A DNA stretch of 59,225 nt. Source: an uncultured Pseudomonadota bacterium (lineage in GTDB: Bacteria > Desulfobacterota > Syntrophorhabdia > Syntrophorhabdales > Syntrophorhabdaceae). The first letter of the stretch is position 1; each line of letters starts with the position of its first letter. The notes below the pieces were generated by a model. That model did no database searches, was not told the origin of the DNA, and saw nothing but the letters and a program-made list of their open reading frames with translations. The DNA lies in assembly GCA_937862865.1 (NCBI GenBank), contig CALMFJ010000017.1:1-59225 (forward strand). The letters run 5' to 3'. A program made the position numbers and the translations under genes. This document shows, piece by piece, positions 43,035 to 54,949 of this stretch.

Positions 43035-43951
43035 TTCGATCTTCCCTTCTCCATGCGTATTTTCGGCTGTTCGACAGACAGTTTTCCATCGTTCGTCATG
43101 TATGTCACACGCACGCCCTTCATTTCTACGTTGTCTTTGATGACCCTCGGAGATTGGGTGAACACTATCCTGCCTTCTTTAACATGATATACCGCCTTCT
43201 CGCTTTTCGCAACCGTGCCTTTCGTTATGACGCGTACGTTGCCGTCGGCCTCCATGCGGTCGACCTGATTGTCGGCACTGTAGATGTGGACAGCGTCGCA
43301 TACCAGGTGCAGGTCCTCCCCTTTCATGATGACCTTGCCTTCCAGGATATATGTGCTCACCTCGAAATAATAGAGCAGGCTGTCCGCCTGAAAATGATAC
43401 TTTCCCTTTTCGGTCGCGATGATCCCGGCGACGTCCGACAGGATCCTGACGGTCTCCTCGTTCGTGTTGGCCAGAAGGCCGATGCCTTTCATATCGATCT
43501 TCTTTCCCTTGATATCAACGACATCTTTTGTGGTGGTCAGGCCCTTTTTGAAATCAAAGTCCATGTGCGCGCTTTTCAGCGTATATTCGCCCTTGTAGAA
43601 CACCTCGACATCATCGACGTGCCCGGTCTCCTTATCGGTGTCCATCGCACCCTTCGACCCTGTAAACTCGATCGCGACATCGGGTTTCGGCTTGTAGATG
43701 CCTTTCAGGTCCTCGAGTTCGATAAGCGGCCGGTCAATGAATTTCCGGGCGACCCTGGCGGTCAGTTCCCAATCGACAATGCCCCGCTTCTCGCCCGTAT
43801 ACTTCACGTCCTTGAAAACGATCGCCTTCTTCGTCTCCTTAGCAACGGGAACCGCCTGTTTTTCCGGTTTGCTGACAAAAAAGAACAACGCGACACCGAG
43901 GCTTGCCAGAATAAACCCATAAGACAGATATATGATGATCTTTCGGTTCAT
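43031..43951 (-). CDS. membrane-anchored LptC-like plus LptA/OstA-like two-domain LPS transport protein (apparent fusion)
   Basis: N-terminal TM IIIYLSYGFILASLGVALFFFV. Residues about 40-187 are LptC-like. Residues about 188-306 carry the repeated OstA_N pattern (ADSLLYY...LEGKV, CDAVHIYS...ADGNVRV, SEKAVYHVKEGRIVF). Confidence 0.7.
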   Translation of the reverse strand: MNRKIIIYLSYGFILASLGVALFFFVSKPEKQAVPVAKETKKAIVFKDVKYTGEKRGIVDWELTARVARKFIDRPLIELEDLKGIYKPKPDVAIEFTGSKGAMDTDKETGHVDDVEVFYKGEYTLKSAHMDFDFKKGLTTTKDVVDIKGKKIDMKGIGLLANTNEETVRILSDVAGIIATEKGKYHFQADSLLYYFEVSTYILEGKVIMKGEDLHLVCDAVHIYSADNQVDRMEADGNVRVITKGTVAKSEKAVYHVKEGRIVFTQSPRVIKDNVEMKGVRVTYMTNDGKLSVEQPKIRMEKGRSN

Positions 43952-43952
43952 A

Positions 43953-44022
43953 ATGGGCTATAGGCTATGGGCTACAGGCTATGGGGTTTCCTCTTGCCCA
44001 TCGCCTGTAGCCCATAGCCTGT
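43953..44022. repeat. heptamer-periodic inverted repeat, family 1, element C
   Basis: 43962-43985 is AGGCTATGGGCTACAGGCTATGGG. The reverse complement of 43997-44020 is AGGCTATGGGCTACAGGCGATGGG (23/24). The loop is 11 nt. Confidence 0.9.
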
Positions 44023-44027
44023 CTTTT

Positions 44028-44980
44028 CTACACCACCTTCGCCTTGAGCAGGTCGTGGATGTGGACGATCCCGACCGGCCGGGCATTGTCTTCGTCGATG
44101 ACAAAAAGGGATGTTATCGAGAATTCCTCCATCTTTTTCAAGGCATGTGCGGCAAGCGCATCCTTGTGGACGACCTTCGGGTTGCGGGTCATAACGTCCC
44201 CCGCCTTTTTCCCGAGAAGGGCATCGTCGTACCGCTCGATCGCCCTGCGGAGGTCGCCGTCCGTGATGATCCCCGCAAAATTCCCGTTGTCGTCATAAAC
44301 CGCCGTGACACCGAGCCTTTTCGATGTTATTTCCAGGATCGCGTCCTTCATCGATGTGTTCACGGAAACACCGGGGACCGTGCTGCCCGTGTGCATGATA
44401 TCCGCGACCCTCAGGAAAAGCTTTCTTCCCAGAGAGCCCCCCGGATGGAGGAGCGCGAAATCTTCGACCTTGAATGCGCGCTTCTCCATGACGGACAGGG
44501 CGAGGGCGTCACCGAGGGCGAGTGTGGCGGTTGTGCTTGACGTCGGCACGACGTTATAGGGGCACGCCTCGTCCACTTCCACCGTCAGGGCCACGTCCCC
44601 CAGGCGGGCGATGCTCGATCCGGGATCTCCCGTTATCGTTATAACAGGAATGCCGAGCCTGTTGATCCACGGGATGATCTTGAGCACTTCGTCGGTCTCC
44701 CCGCTGTTGCTCACGATGATCAGGACATCGCTGCGCTGGAGCATCCCGAGGTCGCCGTGGAGCGAGTCGGCGGGGTGGACGAACAATGCCGGCGTACCCG
44801 TGCTCGACAGGGTGGATGCGATCTTTTTGCAGACCAGCCCCGATTTGCCCATTCCGGTCAGGACGACCCGTCCCGTGCATTGATATATGATCTCCGCTGC
44901 CTCGCTGAAGGCCGAATCGAGCTTTTCCATGACGCGCAGAAGGGCCTCGGCCTCTTTTTTCAAAACCCCTTTGCCGGTTT

Positions 44981-44993
<13 letters not shown>
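44028..44993 (-). CDS. kdsD: arabinose-5-phosphate isomerase (SIS + tandem CBS, KpsF/GutQ/KdsD family)
   Basis: SIS motif GMGKSG, C-terminal CBS pair, adjacent to kdsA. Confidence 0.88.
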
Positions 44994-48620
<3,627 letters not shown>

Positions 48621-48645
48621 CCTTGACTACCAGAGGATAAGCGCC

Positions 48646-49932
48646 TCACGCATTCCCCTCCTCTATCCTTATATGAACGCTCTGCCCTTTCGTAAAAGCC
48701 GAGTTGTCGATGTCCCTCTTGGCCTTCTTGAGGCCGTCTTCCGGGGCATCGTGAGTGACCATGACTATGGGCACGTGCCCGCTCAGTTTCCTGCCCTGCT
48801 GGGTCACCGCGGATATGCTTATTTTGTAATTCGCCAGGATGCCGGAGATCTTCGAAAGGACACCCGGGGTGTCCTTCGCCATCACCCTGAGGTAGTAGGG
48901 CACCGGCGAGCTTTTTGCCTCCCTGTATTTTCCTGAGACGACGAGCCCCGGTACGGAGGCAACCGCATTGCTTTTCAATTTCTTTGCCATGTCGACGATA
49001 TCGCTGACCACGGCGCTGCCCGTCGGCTCACTGCCGGCGCCCCGGCCGTAGAAAAGGTTGGGGCCCACCCGGTCACCCGCAATGTATACGGCATTGAAGA
49101 CCCCGTTCACGCTGCTCATGGGATGGTTCAGCGCAAGCATTGCCGGTTCGACCCGCGCCTCGATCCCCGATGCAGACCGCTTCGCTATGGCGAGCAGCTT
49201 GATCTTATACCCCAGGTCGCGCGCAAAACCGATATCCACGGGGTCGATGCTGGATATTCCATGCACCGTTATGTTCTTCATCGTTACCGGTGACGAAAAA
49301 GCGAGACGGACCAGGAGGGACAGCTTGTGGGCCGCATCGATGCCTTCGACATCGAATGTCGGGTCTTTTTCCGCATACCCTTCCTTCTGGGCGTTCTTCA
49401 GCGCCTCCCCGAAGGATATGCCCTCATCGGTCATCCGCGACAGGATATAATTGCTCGTCCCGTTGAGGATGCCAAGGATGTAGGTGAACCGGTTGCCCAC
49501 GAGCCCGTCGCGGATCGCCCTGATCACGGGGATCCCGCCGCACACCGACGCCTCGAAACCGATATCGCAGCCCGTCCTCTTTGCCAGGGCGAAAAGTTCC
49601 TCGCCCTTTTCGGCAAGCAGTGCCTTATTCGCCGTAACGACCTGTTTTTTCAAGCCGAGTGCCGCCTTGATGAGGTCGCCTGCCGGCTTCATGCCCCCGA
49701 TCAGCTCTACGACAATATTGACCCTTTCATCCCGGATCAATTCCATCGCGTCCCGGGTAAGGATCGCGCGGTCGATATTTTTCCCTTTGACATTACGGGG
49801 ATTTATCTCGGCTATGCGCACGACGCCAAGGTCAAGCCCCGTCTTCTGCCGGATAAGCGCGGCACGCTCCGTCAATATCCGGTATGTGCCCGTGCCAACC
49901 GTTCCCAAACCTATAATTCCTATCCCGATCAT
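48646..49932 (-). CDS. hom: homoserine dehydrogenase
   Basis: NAD-binding GIIGLGTVGTG and a C-terminal ACT domain. ATG 49932 is preferred; the ORF-track start at 50058 lacks homology signal. Confidence 0.9.
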   Translation of the reverse strand: MIGIGIIGLGTVGTGTYRILTERAALIRQKTGLDLGVVRIAEINPRNVKGKNIDRAILTRDAMELIRDERVNIVVELIGGMKPAGDLIKAALGLKKQVVTANKALLAEKGEELFALAKRTGCDIGFEASVCGGIPVIRAIRDGLVGNRFTYILGILNGTSNYILSRMTDEGISFGEALKNAQKEGYAEKDPTFDVEGIDAAHKLSLLVRLAFSSPVTMKNITVHGISSIDPVDIGFARDLGYKIKLLAIAKRSASGIEARVEPAMLALNHPMSSVNGVFNAVYIAGDRVGPNLFYGRGAGSEPTGSAVVSDIVDMAKKLKSNAVASVPGLVVSGKYREAKSSPVPYYLRVMAKDTPGVLSKISGILANYKISISAVTQQGRKLSGHVPIVMVTHDAPEDGLKKAKRDIDNSAFTKGQSVHIRIEEGNA

Positions 49933-50070
49933 GACCGCCCCGCCCGGCGTTAGAAACTGCCCGCTTTTCCCGCCGATTGATTTATTCGGTACCCATATTA
50001 TGTTGAAAATTACCACATTAGCGCGGACACAATCAACCGAAAACCAAGCAAGAATCATTCCAAAACCCGG

Positions 50071-50180
50071 GGCGATGGGCTATAGGCGATGGGCTATGGG
50101 AAAACCAGGCTTTGGAGCGACAGAAAAGCGATGAGCAATAAGATTTTTCACCTATAGCCTATTGCCCATCGCCTATTGCC
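50071..50180. repeat. heptamer-periodic inverted repeat, family 1, element D
   Basis: 50071-50100 is GGCGATGGGCTATAGGCGATGGGCTATGGG. The reverse complement of 50151-50180 is GGCAATAGGCGATGGGCAATAGGCTATAGG: 23/30 in register, 20/23 when slipped by one 7-nt unit. The spacer is 50 nt. Confidence 0.88.
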
Positions 50181-50185
50181 TGATC

Positions 50186-50668
50186 TTATAATTTATACCC
50201 GAATTTGCGCAGCATCTCCTTGCGCGCCTTCTTATCCTCGTCCTTTTCTATCCCGGCCGGCCTTGAGCCGTCAATGACGCCCATGATGCCCCGCCCCTGC
50301 TCTGTTTCGGCCACGACGATCTCGACGGGGTTTGCGGTTGCGCAGAATACCCGGCATACCTCCTGGCAGTCCTTCACGGCATTGAGGGCGTTGATGGGAA
50401 AACCGTCGCGCATGAATATGACGAATGTGTGCCCGCACGCGAGATTGAAAGAGGTATCGGCGGCAAGCTTCGCGAGCGTCTCGTCGTTGCCCTCGTAGCG
50501 GGTCAGGCACGGGCCGCTCGCCTCGGAAAAAGCGACCCCGAACTTGATCGACGGGGCGGACCCGACGAGGGCCTCGTACAGATCCTCCACGGTCTTTATG
50601 AAATGCGACTGCCCGATAACCACATTGAGCCCTTCCGGGATATCGATTTTTACGGTCTTAAGCTCCAT
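50186..50668 (-). CDS. adenosine-specific kinase family protein (Pfam family of that name; poorly characterised)
   Basis: 160 aa; GQSHFIKTVEDLYEAL, FNLACGHTFVIF and ATANPVEIVVAETEQGRGIMGVIDG match my recollection of this archaeal/bacterial family. Confidence 0.65.
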   Translation of the reverse strand: MELKTVKIDIPEGLNVVIGQSHFIKTVEDLYEALVGSAPSIKFGVAFSEASGPCLTRYEGNDETLAKLAADTSFNLACGHTFVIFMRDGFPINALNAVKDCQEVCRVFCATANPVEIVVAETEQGRGIMGVIDGSRPAGIEKDEDKKARKEMLRKFGYKL

Positions 50669-50688
50669 GACGCCTCCTTGCGGGGTAT

Positions 50689-51654
50689 TTATCCGGTACT
50701 TTCTTCAAAGGGCCTTTCTTTCCCGAAATCCGGCACGAAAAGCGGTGCGCTTTCGAGTTCCTGGACAAAAACGTTCTCGAACCCGTTGTCTACGAGATAT
50801 GCAATGACGCTGTCATACTCGTCCGGCCTGATCCTCCTTGCCAGGACCGGGTAGTCCCCGGCACGATGGAGCGGCAGATATTGCGACATGAGGCCGATCC
50901 ACGTCGATCTTCCCAGGCCCTCCCCGATCCAGTCAATGACCTGCCGAGACCCGGCAAGCCCTCCCGGCAGGACCAGGTGGCGCACGATAATGCCCCTTTG
51001 TGCAATACCATCTTCGACGACCAGGTCCCCGACCTGCCGCTTCATCTCCAGGATGGCAGACTTCGCCGCGTCCGGGTAGGGCGCGCCATCCGATGCATGC
51101 GACAGTTTCGCGGCAATGAGACCGCTTGAGTACTTGAAGTCCGGAAGATAAATATCGATAAGGCCTTCGAGGGATTCAAGCGCCTCAACGTCATCGTAGG
51201 CGTTCGTATTATAAACAAAAGGCAGGCCGAGGCCCCTGCGCTTTGCCTGACTGATGGCGTCCGCCAGAAAGGGGGTATACGGCGTGGGGCTGACGAGATT
51301 GATGTTGTGGCATCTCATTTCCTTCAGGGCAAAAAATATCCGGACCAACCCGTCGACATCCACAGGCCTGCCCTCGCCGTCGTGGCTTATCTGATAGTTC
51401 TGGCAAAAAACGCAGCGGAGGTTGCAGTGAGAGAAGAATATGTTCCCCGATCCGTGATCCCCCGTTATGGGAGGTTCCTCACCGAAATGCGGGCCGTAAT
51501 GGGCGATCATCATCTCGCGCCCGGCGCCGCAGAACCCTTTTTTGCCGCTTAAGCGATCGGCCCCGCACTTCCGGGGGCATATCCGGCAGTGTGACAGCCG
51601 GGAGATACCTTTATTCACAGGCAATAGTATAGGATGAAAACAGGCGATATACAA
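50689..51654 (-). CDS. radical SAM protein, PflX-like (pyruvate formate-lyase activase homolog)
   Basis: CRICPRKCG, HFGEEPPITG and the radical SAM cluster CNLRCVFCQN. The start is uncertain: TTG 51654 lies inside repeat element E; GTG 51618 is the alternative. Confidence 0.8.
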   Translation of the reverse strand: MYIACFHPILLPVNKGISRLSHCRICPRKCGADRLSGKKGFCGAGREMMIAHYGPHFGEEPPITGDHGSGNIFFSHCNLRCVFCQNYQISHDGEGRPVDVDGLVRIFFALKEMRCHNINLVSPTPYTPFLADAISQAKRRGLGLPFVYNTNAYDDVEALESLEGLIDIYLPDFKYSSGLIAAKLSHASDGAPYPDAAKSAILEMKRQVGDLVVEDGIAQRGIIVRHLVLPGGLAGSRQVIDWIGEGLGRSTWIGLMSQYLPLHRAGDYPVLARRIRPDEYDSVIAYLVDNGFENVFVQELESAPLFVPDFGKERPFEESTG

Positions 51655-51790
51655 TAGGCGATCGGCGATAGGAAGATCAAGTTCCGGTAAGGTGCGGCGG
51701 GGTAATGGGCAACAGGTTATGGGTGATGGGAAAAGCTTTTTCCCTGCAGCCCGTTGCCCGTTGCCTATCGCCTGGCATCTATTCCTACCT
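51641..51790. repeat. heptamer-periodic repeat, family 1, element E (degenerate; two G-rich blocks plus one C-rich block)
   Basis: Block 51641-51673 reads CAGGCGA TATACAA TAGGCGA TCGGCGA TAGG. Block 51699-51730 reads GGGTAAT GGGCAAC AGGTTAT GGGTGAT GGG. Block 51742-51788 reads CCCTGCA GCCCGTT GCCCGTT GCCTATC GCCTGGC. Mostly only the GGG/CCC core of each unit is retained. Confidence 0.7.
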
Positions 51791-52253
51791 TTACCGTTTT
51801 CGCATCGAGTATTTTCATTATATCGTGCGGGTCCATCGCCAGGAGGTAGCCGCGCCGTCCGCCGTTTATGTATATCTTCGGCAGATCGAGGACCGTTTCC
51901 TCCATGTACACGGGCATCGCCCTGCGCGTGCCGAAGGGGGATGTTCCGCCTATCATGTAGCCGGAGTGTTTCCGGGGATTTGCCGAGGGGCCGATCTTTT
52001 TCACGCCCAGGATGCGGGCCAGCTCTTTCGTCGACACCTCTTTGTCGCCGTGCATGAGAACGATGACGGGCCGGCCGGTTTCATCCTCCATGACGAGCGT
52101 CTTTATGACCATATGCTCGTCGACACGGTACTGCTTTGCAAATGTCGACGTACCGCCGCGCTCCACGTACTGATACGGATGTTCCGCGAACTCGACCTCT
52201 CTGTCCCTGAGGAACCTGACCGCCGCCGTAACGTGTGCCTTCTCTTTCGCCAT
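51765..52253 (-). CDS. ybaK: YbaK/EbsC-family aminoacyl-tRNA deacylase
   Basis: 162 aa; YbaK-type fold motifs (VKTLVMEDE, GGTSPFG). The last codons overlap repeat element E. Confidence 0.8.
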   Translation of the reverse strand: MAKEKAHVTAAVRFLRDREVEFAEHPYQYVERGGTSTFAKQYRVDEHMVIKTLVMEDETGRPVIVLMHGDKEVSTKELARILGVKKIGPSANPRKHSGYMIGGTSPFGTRRAMPVYMEETVLDLPKIYINGGRRGYLLAMDPHDIMKILDAKTVKVGIDARR

Positions 52254-52260
52254 TGCAGGT

Positions 52261-52360
52261 CGTTCTACGTTCCGCGTTCTACGTTCAACGTTAAAGACGA
52301 AACACCATTTCAGTGGTTTTTTGTTTCTAACGCAGAACGCGGAACGTAGAACGCGGAACG
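52261..52360. repeat. heptamer-periodic inverted repeat, family 2 (CGTTCYR units), element F
   Basis: 52261-52293 reads CGTTCTA CGTTCCG CGTTCTA CGTTCAA CGTTA. The reverse complement of 52328-52360 reads CGTTCCG CGTTCTA CGTTCCG CGTTCTG CGTTA. Identity is 25/33 in register, with a 19-nt perfect match when slipped by 7. Confidence 0.9.
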
Positions 52361-52362
52361 AT

Positions 52363-54054
52363 TCATTCTCCCAGTATTTCCTTAATGCTCAGGTTAATAA
52401 ATCTTTCTCCCATCCTCATTCGCACCGTGGGCGAGGCGATTATCCGGGTGGGGCCATTCATCCTGGCCGGCCCTTTTCCCGGGTAAAACCCGTCCCACAC
52501 CCTGCCGTTATCGTCCGTTATCTTCGCGTGCCCCCTGTCCGTCGTATTGACGCCCGCCACGTCGAGGAGCAGGTTGGGGCGGGGGTTCCCGATCCCGAAC
52601 GGGCCCATCCGTTCCAGGAGTTCCATGGCCTCGGCCGAAAGTTCGTCAAGCCCCGCGGCGGCGTCGACATGCACCTCGCGCGTCCGGGAAAGGATAGGAC
52701 CTTCCACAGACCTCTCAAATGCGTCGGCAAAAAGCCCGATGTTGCCTTCTGCAACGGAGATTCCGCACGCATATTTGTGACCCCCGTACTTGAGAAGGAG
52801 CGGCGAAAGGGAACGTATCGTCTCGAACAGGTCCATGCCGTCGCCGCCCCGGCCGGAACCTTTCCATATACCGTTGACCCTCGTCATGACGATCGCCGGT
52901 TTCCCGTATTGCTCGGTCAATTTTTGGGCCACGATCCCGAGGACCCCGTGATGCCATTTTTCATCGAATACGACTATCGTCTTCCTCCCTGCGAGCCCGT
53001 TGGTCGAAATATCACGCACGATCTGCTCGTGGATCTTTTTTTCGAGGCCCTGTCTGTCGCTGTTCGCCTTCTGGAGCCTCGCCAGCAAAGCGAGTGCTGT
53101 GGCATCATCAGGAGATACAAGAAAATCAAACGATGGGTCAGGTTTCGAGACCCTTCCCGCGGCGTTGATCCGCGGCACTATAATAAAACCGAGCGCGAAC
53201 TCGTTCACCAACCCTTTCGATATTATCCTGTTGCCGAGCATCGAGCGCAGCCAGGCCCTCGGGGACTCGTTCATCATCTCCAGGCCGTGTCTCACGAGGA
53301 TCCTGTTGTCACCGGTGAGCGGCACCATGTCCCCGACCGTTCCCACGGTCACAAGGTCCAGCTCCTTTTTAAGGTTTATATGCCCGGATATTAATCCCTT
53401 GTTATGAAGGGTCCGCCTGAGCCCCATGAGAAAAAAGAATGTCACCCCGCACGCCGCCAGGTCGCGTGTCGGAAATGCCGAATCCTTGCGTTTCGGGTTA
53501 ATGACGGCATGGGCCGGCGGGAGCTCCGAGCCCATCTCGTGGTGGTCTATCACTATGGTATCGATACCAAGCTCGTTCGCACGGGCGATCTCCTCGACGT
53601 TTGAAGAACCGCAATCGAGCGAGACGAGAAGGCGTACACCCTCCTTGTGAAGCCCGTTTATCCCCTCGATATGGAGCCCGTAGCCTTCCTCGCGCGTCGG
53701 TATGCGGATAGCGGGGGTGATCCCGAGGTTCCTGAGAAAATTAAAGGCAAGGGCGAGGCTCGAGATCCCGTCGGCGTCGTAATCCCCCCAGACACAGATC
53801 TTTTCTCCCTTTGCGATGGCGTCCACGAGGCGCGTGACGCCTTTTTTCATGTCAGGGAGCCGGAAGGGGTCAGACAGGTCGCCAAGCCGGGGCCTTAAGA
53901 AGCTTGATGCCTCGTCCGGGGTCGTGATGCCCCGGGCAACGAGTATGCGGGCAATAATGTCCGGGACGCCGAGACAGTCCGTTATCCCGGCGGCATAACG
54001 GGCGGCCTCCTCTGTGGGAATAGTGCCGGGGTTCGGTCCGCTACCGTCAGCCAT
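52363..54054 (-). CDS. recJ: single-stranded-DNA-specific exonuclease RecJ
   Basis: DHH motifs (WGDYDADG, VIDHHE) and DHHA1 motif GGHKYACG. Confidence 0.93.
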   Translation of the reverse strand: MADGSGPNPGTIPTEEAARYAAGITDCLGVPDIIARILVARGITTPDEASSFLRPRLGDLSDPFRLPDMKKGVTRLVDAIAKGEKICVWGDYDADGISSLALAFNFLRNLGITPAIRIPTREEGYGLHIEGINGLHKEGVRLLVSLDCGSSNVEEIARANELGIDTIVIDHHEMGSELPPAHAVINPKRKDSAFPTRDLAACGVTFFFLMGLRRTLHNKGLISGHINLKKELDLVTVGTVGDMVPLTGDNRILVRHGLEMMNESPRAWLRSMLGNRIISKGLVNEFALGFIIVPRINAAGRVSKPDPSFDFLVSPDDATALALLARLQKANSDRQGLEKKIHEQIVRDISTNGLAGRKTIVVFDEKWHHGVLGIVAQKLTEQYGKPAIVMTRVNGIWKGSGRGGDGMDLFETIRSLSPLLLKYGGHKYACGISVAEGNIGLFADAFERSVEGPILSRTREVHVDAAAGLDELSAEAMELLERMGPFGIGNPRPNLLLDVAGVNTTDRGHAKITDDNGRVWDGFYPGKGPARMNGPTRIIASPTVRMRMGERFINLSIKEILGE

Positions 54055-54949
54055 GGGCTATTCCCGTTATGGCCGCTATGCCTGCGCAGTTGTTTTCGTC
54101 AAGCCATTCGCCGAGCCCGGAAATGATCTTCGGCATGGCGAATGGGTCCGCGAACGTGGCGGTCCCGACCTCGACCGCCCTCGCGCCCGCCATCAGGAAC
54201 TCGAGTGCATCCTCGGCATCCATTATACCGCCGGCGCCTATTATGGGAATGGGCACTTCCTTGTAGCAGTCATATACGGCCCTCAGGGCGATGGGCTTGA
54301 GAATGGGGCCGGAAAGACCGCCCTTGAGCGGCATGTTCCTGCTCCTCGTATCAATGACGGCGGCAGGCATCGTGTTTATAAGCGTCAGCCCGTCGGCCCC
54401 GCCTTCATACGCCGCCCGCGCTATCTCGACGATGTTCTTCACTTCGGGTGTGAGCTTGGCTATGATCGGGACCGGCGTAACTTCCCGGACCGCCCGGACA
54501 ATGTTGTGAACGGCCGGCGCGTCCTTGCCGAAACTTATCCCCCCTTTCTTTATGTTGGGGCAGGAAAGGTTCATCTCGAGGGCGACAACGAGATGGTGAG
54601 AGGGGACCTTCCTGGCGCAGGAGATATATTCATCTTCCGAGAACCCGAAAAAATTAACGATAACGGGCACCTTCCTCTCTACGAAGAATGGGAAGTAATG
54701 GGAAAAGAAATCGTCAACGCCGACATTCTGGAGACCTATGGAATTTATCATTCCATGCCGCTCCTCCCACACACGGGGCGTCTTGTTGCCGTGATGGGGT
54801 TTTTCGGACAGGCCTTTCGTGACGTAGGCACCCAGGGTCTCGATATTCCACAGGGGCTCTATCTCAATGCCGTAACCGAGCGTGCCCGATGCGTTCATAA
54901 CCGGGTTCTTCAGGGCCTTGCCCAGAAGATCTACAGCGAGAGTTCCCAT
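54047..54949 (-). CDS. pyrD: dihydroorotate dehydrogenase (class 1B) catalytic subunit
   Basis: NASGTLG and GGLSGP motifs; paired with pyrK. Confidence 0.92.
   Translation of the reverse strand: MGTLAVDLLGKALKNPVMNASGTLGYGIEIEPLWNIETLGAYVTKGLSEKPHHGNKTPRVWEERHGMINSIGLQNVGVDDFFSHYFPFFVERKVPVIVNFFGFSEDEYISCARKVPSHHLVVALEMNLSCPNIKKGGISFGKDAPAVHNIVRAVREVTPVPIIAKLTPEVKNIVEIARAAYEGGADGLTLINTMPAAVIDTRSRNMPLKGGLSGPILKPIALRAVYDCYKEVPIPIIGAGGIMDAEDALEFLMAGARAVEVGTATFADPFAMPKIISGLGEWLDENNCAGIAAITGIAHG

Noticed and set aside
50071-52360. Possible CRISPR array or coding tandem repeat, given the regularly spaced short repeats.
   Set aside because: The units are 7 nt and directly abutting, with no unique spacers. 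The arms are inverted, and the period is not a multiple of 3. No cas genes are in the window.
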